Source: Eledone cirrhosa (Eukaryota). Taken from it: 64,000 bases of DNA. Each line of letters starts with the position of its first letter. Position 1 is the stretch's first letter. Of this stretch, positions 25,201-36,960 are shown piece after piece. The DNA is taken from contig OZ024745.1 of assembly GCA_964016885.1 (NCBI GenBank), forward strand, positions 115,072,001-115,136,000, given 5' to 3'. Both the position numbers and the translations under genes were made by a program. A model generated the notes under the pieces. It searched no databases, was not told where the DNA came from, and worked only from the letters and a program-made list of their open reading frames with translations.

Positions 25201-25911
25201 TTTGTAGGCCTCCTTTTTGCTTGGCTAGCATCTTTAACCTCTTGATTGAACCAAGGGCTCCTCCCACCATGTGGTCCCGAACAACAACAATATCAGGCTG
25301 GTTGTGCTTTAACTTCGTGGCAATTATATTTCTAGGTTCCACCAATGAGGCTATTAGTCTCAATATATTACAATATATTAATGCAGTACAGAGTTAGCTG
25401 TGACTGCGTAAATCTGTATTTTATAGGCATATACACACACATACATACACACACATACACACAGACATAGACACCCACACACACACAGATGCACATACAC
25501 ACATATACACACACATAAACTCCCTTCCTACTTACAGAGACACACACACACTGACATACACAGACAAACAGATGCGTGCAAGCATTACAGAGTAGTGGTA
25601 TGTCATGAGCGGGCTGAGTTTGTGATACAAGAACAAGTTTGATTTATGTTTCTACTATTTCTATTTACATTATTCCAACTGAGTGTATGTGTGTGTCTGT
25701 GTGTGTGTGTGTGTTTGTGTGTGTGTTTGTGTATATGTGATTAATCAGCCATAATCAATAATCAATAGCTTAGAAAGATCTGAATTCTGTTTGAAATGCC
25801 ACATGAAAGCAAACATTTTTTTTTTGTGGGGATTTAACAACTTATTTGAGGTTAAGAGAAGATGACTCATACAAACATCTGACACTGTGTGTGTGTTTGT
25901 GTATGCGTGTT

Positions 25912-25952
<41 letters not shown>

Positions 25953-26281
25953 TATGTATAGGTGGCAAATTGGCAGTCATTTGAACATTAGTTTGAATGG
26001 TTTACAGTATTTGTTCCAGTTCTCTGAGTTCAAACCTTGTCGAGGTCAACTTTATCTTTCATTTATTCAGGGCCAATAAAATACCTGTCCGGCACTGATG
26101 TCAGTTATTCCTCAATATCCCTTTCTCACATCCTCTTTCTCACTTTCTATCCTTCTCTGGAAGAGAAGAGATAGGCTCCACCATGTTAAAAAAGAAAAAA
26201 ATGCACGAGAAACGCTGTATGTCACTTCAGCGTCCCCATAACTCCATTAGAAGTTATGTGTACCCACATACATACATAAAT

Positions 26282-26372
<91 letters not shown>

Positions 26373-26486
26373 CATACCTAAAAGTAATAACAAAAATAAC
26401 AAAACAAATGCCATAATACATGGAAGAGATATATTAGTTTAACACTTGAAATGGCAGGAAGAGAGTCTGAACATTTCGGACAGTCC

Positions 26487-26520
<34 letters not shown>

Positions 26521-26527
<7 letters not shown>

Positions 26528-27099
26528 TAAAATAACAGATTAAAGTTTAAGCAAAGAATCGCTGCTTTCACCCTTAATGGGATCTTCTGAAACTAACAAA
26601 GTCAATCTGTAAACGCAGAACTGGATATTTCAAAAAACGTTGCAACCGGAGGAAGACAGGAAGACGATACTTTGGTTCGTGGTAACGTTCGCTGGCAAAG
26701 AACAGGAAAAAACGAATAATACGTCATTAATAGGAGCGGTGAAAAACAATTACGCGCAAATAAACGTGGTTTTGTCTTTGCGCGTAATTGTTTTTCACCG
26801 CTCCTATTAATGACGTATTATTCGTTTTTTCCTGTTCTTTGCCAGCGAACGTTACCACGAACCAAAGTATCGTCTTCCTGTCTTCCTCCGGTTGCAACGT
26901 TTTTTGAAATATTCACTTCTGCGTTTACAGATTGACTTTGTTAGTTTCAGAAGATCCCGTTAAGGATGAAAGCAGCGATTCTTTGCTTAAACTTTAATCT
27001 GTTATTTTAATAAATATTTGCTCTACGGTTCTTATATATTTGATATATATTTTCCTTATCGAGCCCTCTTTGGATTTTAGCCTTCAATTTTATTATTAT

Positions 27100-27102
<3 letters not shown>
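26521..27102 (+). mobile_element. Penelope-like fold-back element, family A (240-bp arms, 16-nt spacer, 86-nt tail)
   Basis: Arms 26521-26760 and 26777-27016 with about 4 mismatches; (TA)n on both sides. Confidence 0.85.
26943..26993 (+). ncRNA. Hammerhead-like motif with variant core CAGAAGA (family A)
   Basis: AGTTT-CAGAAGA-stem II-GAAA-GCAG..TTGC-TT^-AAACT; stem II is ACCC/GGGT in the 39421 copy. Confidence 0.55.
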
Positions 27103-27138
<36 letters not shown>

Positions 27139-27142
<4 letters not shown>

Positions 27143-27568
27143 GATCTTTGGCACCACACAGTAATACAGAAGACCCGCCTTCCCTACGTGCAAAGTCAAC
27201 CTACAGTCAGTAGGCCCCTCCAAACCAAACATACACCCCAACCAACTACCCCTACTTCATCCTTCCACTCCCGCCAACGCCACCCTTTCTCTATAAAGTT
27301 ATGTTGGTACCACAACATCCAGTCCAAACTAATGAGGTCGTATAGGTGTCACGACGAAAAAAAAAAATACGGTCCATGCTGTAATGTGGTCGTGTAGGAA
27401 ACACAGTAAAAAGCTCCCAGTCCGCACTGTAATTGTGGTTGGTGTTAGGAAGGGCATCCAGCCGTAGAAAACCTGCCAGATAGTCCTATACGAGCGAGAC
27501 ACGGTCACCCGACCAATCTTGCCTCAAATGGGACAATTCCCATGCTAGCGTGGAAGATAGCTGTTCAA

Positions 27569-27609
<41 letters not shown>

Positions 27610-27610
27610 A
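27139..27610 (+). mobile_element. RTE family A extreme 3' end and UTR
   Basis: RDLWHHTVIQKTR end of ORF, UTR, (GAT)n tail; another UTR copy at 28245-28560. Confidence 0.8.
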
Positions 27611-28696
27611 ATATATATATATATATATTCATATATATATTCATACATATGGAATGGGCAACTGTAGGTGTGAATGATATGTATTCCAGTTGTTCAATGA
27701 AAGGAGCAACCTGCTCATGAACTTAACTTGAAAGTGGCTGAGCATTCCACAGATACAATGAACCTATCATGTAATTCTCAAGGAGATTCACCTTGATAGA
27801 GTGTGACAAAGCTGTCTTTTGAAATGCAGGTACAGTTCATCCAATTGGCTTTCAAACAGTTTTCATAGGTGAACCTGAGGCTATGGTAAAAGACACTTGT
27901 CTAAGATGCCACAATTTATTCACTGAAGCAACGATAACATTTAACTTCAGTAAATGGTATTATAAGAGCTAATATTACAAAAGTGTATGGAAGCCATTCA
28001 TAATTTTAACACTATCCCTAACAGAAATAAACTGTCTACATTTTTCAAATCTACGCCGATGGAGAATTAAGAACATGTTTGGTAAATAAATGCCTTTTCT
28101 ATATTATGTATAACTGATTCTGATAAGTTCTCTACAAAGGTATTGGATGTCACATACTTTATGGTAGAATGAAACATATGTAAATCAAATAAATAATGTT
28201 CTAATGTGTTTAAACTTGGTGATCCTTTCATTTTATATATATACTACACCACCCCTTTCTCTGTAAAGTTATGTTGGTACCACAACATCCAGTCCTAAAT
28301 AAATGAGGTCGTGTAGGTGTCACAACAAAAAAACACACAGTCCATGCTGTAATGTGGCCGTGTAGGTAACACGGTAAAAACCTCGCAGTCCACACTGTAA
28401 ACGTGGTTGGTGTTAGGAAGGGCATCCAGCTGTAGAAAACCTGCCAGACAGTCCTATACGAGCAAGACAACCAATCTTGCCTCAAGTGGGATAATTCCCG
28501 TCCAAACCCTTGCTAGCGTGGAAGATGGACGTTAAACGATGATGATGATGATGATGATGACTCTGTGGTTTGCAAATCTACAATGACCGGAAATCGGCAA
28601 ATTGGATTTATCTCTGAACTGTCTTTCACCAATTTGGATATTAACAAAATTACATTGGAGCTTTAAATATCTGAATGTCTTATACAGTTGTGTGTG

Positions 28697-28814
<118 letters not shown>

Positions 28815-29440
28815 AACACTTTTTCAAGAATTTGGTTGTATTTTCTCCTACTGTAATTTTGTTATATATATATATATCATCATCATCATCATCATCATCA
28901 TTTTACGTCTGTTCTTCCACGCTAGCATGGGTTAGATATATATATAGGGAAAAGAGTCAGGATCCCGGTGGCTATATATTTATTGAAAATTTAGAAACTT
29001 AAATTTATTTTTTTTACTATATGTTGAAGCTTCTAAACTTTCAATAAATCTATATCCGTTCAACATTTCTTTGCCTTTCATCCTTATGGGGTTGATAAAA
29101 TAAAGTACCAGTAATACACTGGGATAATTGCTGGCCTTGTACCAAAAGTAGAAACAATTATATATATAGTAAGGCCATCATCGTGGACTTGCATGCCCTG
29201 CTTTCCAAGTCACCCTTCCTCACTAATATATATATATATATACAACATCCCTAGTGTTAGTGCCACAATAAGATACATTTGGTAGAGCTTAGAACTGTGT
29301 GTCATGATTTTGGCCCACCTGAAGGTGAGGCTCCACTTGAGTACTGACCAGTCAGTAACTACGTGCTTAACTCTTGTTAGCAGCGAAAATGGATGTTAAA
29401 ACGATGGTAGTGATGATGATGGTGGTAGTGGTGAGGATGA

Positions 29441-29496
<56 letters not shown>

Positions 29497-29500
<4 letters not shown>

Positions 29501-29856
29501 AGTGAGGTTTTTTTTACAAAATGAAAAATAAGCGAGGTGTCCTACACGAGTGGAAGTATAAAGAAAAAGGGATGAAATCGAAAATGCAACTGAAGTCTTA
29601 TTTTTTTTTAAAATATATATATTTATTTGTTATTTGGTTCCTTTACCGGTTTCGCAGTTCTTCTGCTTTTCAAAAGGTGAGTTGAGATGGAGGGTCTGTG
29701 GTTTTTCTCACATCTGTGAGAAAAACCACAGACCCTCCATCTCAACTCACCTTTTGAAAAGCAGAAGAACTGCGAAACCGGTAAAGGAACCAAATAAATA
29801 TATATATTTTTTTAAAAAATAAGACTTCAGTTGCATTTTCGATTTCATCCCTTTTT

Positions 29857-29863
<7 letters not shown>
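29497..29863 (-). mobile_element. Penelope-like fold-back element, family E (arms about 150 bp, 2-nt spacer, tail about 60 nt)
   Basis: Near-perfect palindrome 29557-29863 centred on 29713-29714; (TA)n on both sides. Confidence 0.85.
29750..29787 (+). ncRNA. Minimal type I hammerhead with U3-A8 core variant (family E); mirrored on minus strand at about 29640-29677
   Basis: CCTT-TTGAAAA-GCAG aagaa CTGC-GAAA-CCGG-TA^-AAGG. Confidence 0.75.
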
Positions 29864-29943
<80 letters not shown>

Positions 29944-30332
29944 CTAGCCACCTAACTTAGTACTTCTGAGATTTTTAAACATAAGAATTTATCATTTTTA
30001 CCTCAAGGAATTGAATGTGAAATGGGAATTTGATTGTAATTTCTTTCGCTTTTGAAGATATTTGTAAATGCTGAATATGTAGTTCCTCCATAGAGCCATT
30101 TATTTACTTACATACTTTTGTTTTTATTGTTATCCTTAATTTTGAAACATTTTGATAAATACTTTTGGGAGTAGGGCCAGGAAAGTAAAAAAATGATTTT
30201 TGGCACATGTTCTTTAGCCCCAAGTCAATATTGTTTGAGTAAACCTATGATTAAAAACAATTCACTTATAATGATTCTAACTTTTTAGGGGGCCCTAGGA
30301 CTATGTTATGCAATGTGTAAGTCTTTGATTAA

Positions 30333-30587
30333 CCCTTTTGATATGAAATCATCTGAAAAAACCTTTGGTTCTATGATACAAATCTATTTATATTCAAGTG
30401 TTTAAATTTATTTAAACTCCTTCCATCATAAGTTAATGAAAGAATCTTTGTCAAATTATATTCCAAACACCAGCTTAATAACAAGAAAGCTAGTTATATT
30501 ACTGAATCCCACCAAATTCTTGATTACTTTTAAAGTGATTGAAAATTAAAGGCAGTGTCTTCCATCAGGAATATGGTAACAAAAGGG
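30333..30587. mobile_element. TTAA-flanked piggyBac-type MITE
   Basis: TTAA-CCCTTTTG...CAAAAGGG-TTAA. Confidence 0.7.
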
Positions 30588-31699
30588 TTAAGATATATTG
30601 ATTTAAGGAAGGTTTAGCTGTTATTTCTAGTGTGTAGTAGCTTTCTTGTTGTTCATGAAGGGTAATTAAGACCTCAGTAATTTATAATATTCTAAACCAG
30701 ATACACTTTCTTTGTTTATTCTTTTTCTCTCAATTTCTATTGTCTCATGAGATCACATACATCAATAATCAATTTTCTCTTATGAAAGGGATAACATGAT
30801 CTTATTGTTGAATAATGAATTTTTCAATTAGGAAATATGGTGGAAAGATTCAGTTAGTTCCTCAGCCAAACAAGTTTGCAATTAGGTGTTCATTCCTCAT
30901 TAGAATCACTTCACCTACATCATTAATGCAATAGACAGAATCATGGCAGTCATACCTTCTTTTCTGTGTGTATGTAGCTGGAGGTGTGCCTGTGTGTGTG
31001 TGTATGCATGTATATGTTGTTGTTTCTATGTTATACACACATACACATATGTATACATTAATATATCATCATCTTCATCATTTTCGTTTTAACGTCTGTT
31101 TTCCCTGCTAGCAAGTCAGTACTCAAGCAGAGCCACTAATCACCTAGGCCTTCCAAGGATCGCTTATGTATGGTTTCACAGTTCATTGAAAGCTCAGGAG
31201 AGGTTGTTATGTCTTTGACACAACTGAGAGTCCTCCCAACCCTTTGTTTGGCAAGTTTTCTATCACTGGATGCCCTTCCTATCACCAACCACTTTACAGT
31301 GTGTACTGGGTGGGTTTATCATGTAAATCACCATCACTAAGGAAGTTGTTATGTCCTTGGCATGACTGAAAGGTTCCTGACTCTTTGTCAGGCAAGCTTT
31401 CTATGGCTGGATGCCCTCCCTATCACCAATAACTTAATATTGTATACTGGGTGCATTTATTGTGTAGATCACTAACATTAGGGAGGCTGTCATGTCCATG
31501 ACATGACTGAAGGGTCTTCCTGACTCTTTGTTTGGAAAGCTCTCCATGGCTGAAAGCCTTTCCTATCACCAACCACATCATGGGAAAAGAGGGGCAGGCA
31601 GCTGCTAGGAATGTGTGTGTGGGGGTTGAAGTAGTGAAGTTGAGAATAACTGTTAGGGAGTATTTGTGGAATGGGGGAGAGTAAGTCAGATCACATTAT

Positions 31700-33435
31700 A
31701 TGCTGCAGGTCTGGTCTTCTTTAGCATTGCTTAGTGCCAGTCCTTGCTGTCTTTTGTCATTTCTATTGTAAGGGTCAGCCTCTCCCAGCCACTGGGATTT
31801 CTCTGCATTTCTTTATCCAGTTGCTTTCTTCCATGCCCATCACATATGCATACCAATGCAGACTTATCTCTTGCACACTACAACCAATTACTCTTATGCC
31901 AAGTTTTTCCTTCAGTTTGCTTATGCTATGTTGCTCATACACACTAACATTGCACATCCATCGGAGCATACTCAACTAATTTCTTTCTAGCCTCCGCATG
32001 TCTTCTGCAGTCAAGGCACATGTTTCATTGCCATGTAACATTGTGATTCGCACACAGGCATCATGTAGTCTATCCTTCACTCTGAGAGAAAAGCATTTTG
32101 TTCTTAGCAGAGGTAATAGATCTCTGAATTTCTTTCAGCCTAATCTTATCCTAGCTATCATACTTTCAGTGCATCCGTCACACTGCTAATTTGATTGCCT
32201 AGGTAATGAAAGCTGTCCACAACTTCTAGAGAGTTCCCCTAGCAGCTGAGGGAATCTATTTCACATGTGCTCTTTGAGCTTACTTTACCTGTGCATCTGC
32301 TGCATATAAAGTCTATCTTTTCCATTATCCTATCTGCAATCCCACCACATCTCTTGTGATTCCATACATTGTGGGCACCTTATGGAATTTCTACTCACCC
32401 ATTTCTGACATAGCGAGCATGGCCACTTTCCTGATGGTATCATCTTCCTGTCTTCTTTCCTACTTATTAAAACTTTCGTCTTTGTTAAATTTACTTTTTA
32501 GGCCTTACAGCTCTAGGTTCATCTTCCATGCTTGAAATTGTGCTTAACTCTCTTACTAACTTAGCTATTCATTGGCATAAAGGAGCTCCCATGGAGTGCT
32601 AGTTTTAGACTCCTCAGTGATGGCTTGAAGTACAACGATAAATAGGAGTGAACTGAGGACTGATGACTGGTAGACTCCCACCTGCACTTCAAATTCATCA
32701 CTGTACTCATTGCAAACTCTCACTCTGCTTATTGTTCCCCTATACAGGACCTGCCCAGCCCACACAAGACACTCATCTACATCTAGCTTCACGCCCACCA
32801 GGTTATAGAGCATAGGGCCCCGTCAAAGGCTTTCTCTAAATCTACAAATGCTTGGTACAGTTGCTTACTCTCCTGTACTTGTTTCACCAAAAAGAGGGCA
32901 ACAGTGGTACCCCTACCCGGCATAAATCCGAATTGCATCTCATCTAACCCGATTCTGTACCTGATTAATTGTGCTATAACACTTTCAGCAATTTTCATGA
33001 CCATTAACTTGATGCCTCTATAGTTACTTCTCTCTAGTGCATCCTTTTGCCCTTGTAGCAATTTACAATGACACTGCTGCACCAGTTGTTGGGTATGACA
33101 CCATCCTGTACCACTTGATTAACTATGTGTCTGACTAGTTCATATCCTACCATGCCAGATGCTTTTAGCATCTCAGTGACTATACCAGATGGTCCAGCTG
33201 CTTTCCTTGCCTTCATGTTCTGAATTGCTTTATCTTTTACACTGCGGTCAACTTTTATGACTGGTCCCTCAGTAGGGTCTGCATGGGGTAGGCCTTCACT
33301 GTCCCATTCATTTTCCTCATTCAGCAGTCTCTCATAGTATGTCTTCTATGTCTCTTTCTTTTTGTCATCAGACAGAGCAAGTGCTCCACTATCATTTCGG
33401 ACACACTTTTCTCTAATCACATCGCAATTTTCTCA
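31700..33435 (-). mobile_element. RTE family A, longer decayed RT region
   Basis: KAAGPSGI, NYRGIKL, QFGFMPGRGT, FVDLEKAFD, PWELLYA motifs across frameshifted ORFs. Confidence 0.92.
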
Positions 33436-34689
33436 CATAATATCGAATCTATGATATTATTTATTTTAAGAACAATACCTTAACATCAGTATGAATGGCC
33501 AGTTTGAACAGAAAGGGGTTAGGCAATCCTGTCCAGATACGCCCGATTTAAATGCTAAAGGGTTAATCTGAAACTCTAATAATTCTGCTATTTTGCTGAC
33601 TATTCTAAAGGATGAAAAAGAATTAAATGGTTATTTTTGTTTTTCTCTTATTTTTCATTATCATTTACAACAGAATAATTAGGTGAAGGAGAAAAACAAA
33701 ATATTATCTATTAACTTATGAGAGCTGTTTTGTTTTTATTTCTTTATAAAAGTTTATGCTTGCAAGCAGGGAAAAGCGGACGTAAAATGATGACGATGAT
33801 GATGATGATGATGTAGAAAATTTATGTAATAAACAGAATAGAGAAGAGATAAAATAGATTTGGTGGAGATTATATACAAGCTTTATCTTTAGTTTTTATC
33901 AGTTTTAACCTTCAAAGTTAAATTCTTATACCAGACCCTACACACTTTTAACCCAGGTGTGGTGAATACTTTGCATTTTGCTCAATAAATCAAATAAGCA
34001 CATGTCTCTCTCTTTCTCTCTCTGTATATCAAATCACACCACACTTGCCATAACTTCATACTTATCTGCCTTCTATCATACCCACCCAACCTTCACTTTA
34101 GTTGGGACAGGGACCAACAACCTCTTGAGCATTGATGCCACGAAAATGCACCCAGTATACCATGTAAAGTGGTTGGCAACAAGAAGAGAACACTGTCGTG
34201 GAAACTATGCCTAAATTTAGTTGAGAAGGCCCTTCAGTTGTGTCACAGTGTGACAGCCTCTCTAGCGTTGGTGATCTTCATGATAAACACACACCATATA
34301 TGCTGTAAAGTGGTAGGTGATAGGAAGGATATCCAGCTTTAGAAAGCTTGCAAAACAAAAGGATGGGAGAACCCTTCAGATATGTCAATAACTTAACAAC
34401 CTCTCTTGTGCTGGTGCACTTAGTGGAATGTAAGGCTGTACATAGGTGAGATGCAGACCTTTACCTGTCTGGGAAGTCAATAGCTACAATTCAGTACTGA
34501 CTCGGTCTATGAAGGCACGTCCAACCCTAGCTAGCAGAAAAATACTGATGTTAAATGATGATGATGATTTATATATTGTAAAAGGCCGATAACTTTTTTG
34601 TAAAGCTGGTACAATTTGGTAGAAAAACACGAAGGGCAATATGATGACAAATACAATAACCATTCTGTTTCATGCATTTCTAATTTATT

Positions 34690-35560
34690 TTATCTTTGGT
34701 TTTATTCAGCTGATGAAAATGGCTTTCTTAATTCTTAAAATTCCCCATATTCCTTTCAGTTGCCTCTATGATGACCTCAGTGTCTTTACTGTAGCATCTG
34801 TCAAGATGTTTTTTAACAGAAGAGGTTCTCATTGTCATGTTCCTTGATCCATATGTGTAGTCTCCTTATGGTACTTCCGATGTATGAGGAGCTACATTTT
34901 TTGCTTGTGATCTTATAGACTGTATATGATCTCATGCATACTTCTGCATTGTTGATGGGACAATTAAGAATTGTACATATATTGCTGTATGGGGGTTGGT
35001 GTCTGCGGAGCAGTCTCCTCAATGAGGGTCCCAGTCTTATATTCAGTTCGTCCCTATGGATGGCTTGTCTAATGGCAGCTATCATCTTTTCATTGAAATG
35101 TGGCAACTTTAGGTAGCATATGTTATCCTTTGGGGCACGTGTCCTTGTTCTTTTATATGTTGCTGCCTTGGTATTTCAGTGTTTTGTGAGAGAAGTACGA
35201 TAGCCATTTTCGGTGACAACTCTTTGGAATTTTACCCAGCTGGTATATCTGTCACTACTCTTGCTACATCGGTTGTGTTGCCAGATCTCATTCTGTATAT
35301 AGGTCATTTTGGCGCTGTAGGGAAGTGTGGAGTTGTGATTCACAAAAATGTCTCTGCAGACATCCTTCCTGTAAAATTTAGTGTATATGGATCCTTCCTC
35401 TGTGCCTCTTAGAGTAAAGTCGAGTAGAGAGAGGGATTATCGACAACATCATTACCTCTACCGACCTCAGTTGTTTTGGGCTCACTGCTGCTGACATCTG
35501 TGAACTGTTCTTTAACATCATGTGCAGCACCTTTTTCCAGTTTGAGGGCTCCGTATGCAA
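34690..35560 (-). mobile_element. Penelope-like element remnant (GIY-YIG endonuclease, partial linker/thumb)
   Basis: ORF 34813-35106: CTILNC...VYKITSKKCSSSYIGSTIRRLHIWIKEH; downstream LRIKKAIFIS*IKPKI matches the GIY-YIG C-terminal motif. Confidence 0.8.
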
Positions 35561-36125
35561 ACAAATCTCAGGACTTCCAATCAAGTCTTTCAGGCCTGCT
35601 GGACATCACGTACATGGACCAGTTGGAGTGCACAGCACTTACCACCTGCCACTCAGAAGCAACCATCTCTTATTGATCCAGTGAGACCAGCTGAGTTCAT
35701 GGATATTATCCAACCATCTTGCTCGGGGTCTACCCCGGGTCTCTTGCTGGCTGGTTTTGCAGCAATTCTTTCCTGAGACATTCTGCCCACATGTTCATAA
35801 TATCAGAACTGAGATCTCTCAATTAGTTCTACTTGGAGCAACTCTCTGACCTCCGAGCTACATACTCTCAAGTAACATTACTCAAAAAAACCTTCAGACG
35901 AACCCTATTTTGGTTGCTTGTATTTGTGATTGTATTGTTTTGGTCTTTTTCCAAGATTCATGACCATAGGTAAGGGTTTATCACGAACACCTAATTGAAG
36001 ATAACGAAGGTGGCTTTTACACCTACCTCCCTTCTTTCGATTACTGACTACTGAAGCTGGCACATTACTGCACCAGCTCCTGCAATTCTTGCACTTAATT
36101 CAGCCCGCTGCCTTCCATCACACAT
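35560..36125 (-). mobile_element. RTE family B 3' fragment
   Basis: LTYGHESW motif; 3' end also seen at 51990-52145. Confidence 0.7.
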
Positions 36126-36479
36126 TTGTGGAATGTGCCTAAGATAAATAAGATCTTGTAAATTCCACCTGAACTCTTGGATTTCTTATTTGTTATCTTA
36201 AAATCTGTTTTGATTCTTTTTTTATTAGGTAATCGGATCATAGGCTGTGTTGAGGGTCATCCCGTATTTGAGTATACAGGTATATATACATAGATACACA
36301 CATGCACACACACACATGTATATGTGTGTGTAGTAGAAGTAGTAGAAGTAGTAGTAGTAGTAATGTATGTCACAAAACAGAAGTTAGAATTTAGTGAGTT
36401 ACATCAATTTCTCTGTATAGCTATTTCACCTTCCCGGTGTTAGTAATAACACTGCAACAGGCACGATCTTCACATATCT

Positions 36480-36698
36480 ACACACAGACACATACGCACA
36501 CATACCTTTCATTTCTGTCTCGCTCCACACACACACACAATCCATTTATCTTTCGATCCGTACATACACACACATACACACACATACACACTATTCATTT
36601 CTCTCTTGATCCAAATACACACATACACACCTTCCATTTCTATCTCGATCAACACACACACACATCTTCCATTTTTCTCTTGATCCATACACACACAG

Positions 36699-36730
<32 letters not shown>

Positions 36731-36875
36731 ACCTTCCATTTCTATCTCGATCAACACACACACACGTCTTCCATTTTTCTCTTGATCCATACACACACAC
36801 ACATATACACCTTCCATTTCTATCTCGATCAACACACACACACATCTTCCATTTTTCTCTTGATCCATACACACA

Positions 36876-36942
<67 letters not shown>

Positions 36943-36960
36943 ACACATCTTCCATTTATC
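36480..36960. repeat. Minisatellite of alternating CCTTCCATTTCTATCTCGATC and CTTCCATTTTTCTCTTGATCC units with (CA)n spacers
   Basis: Three near-identical composite units read directly. Confidence 0.85.

Noticed and set aside
26521-27016. Palindromes as amplification or sequencing fold-back artefacts
   Set aside because: Arms differ by point mutations, older copies are more diverged, and endpoints are family-specific, all favouring genomic origin. A read-level check is still advised.
34711-34717. CTGATGA near the Penelope remnant
   Set aside because: It is the antisense of coding sequence (FIS), with no matching GAAA box and stems.
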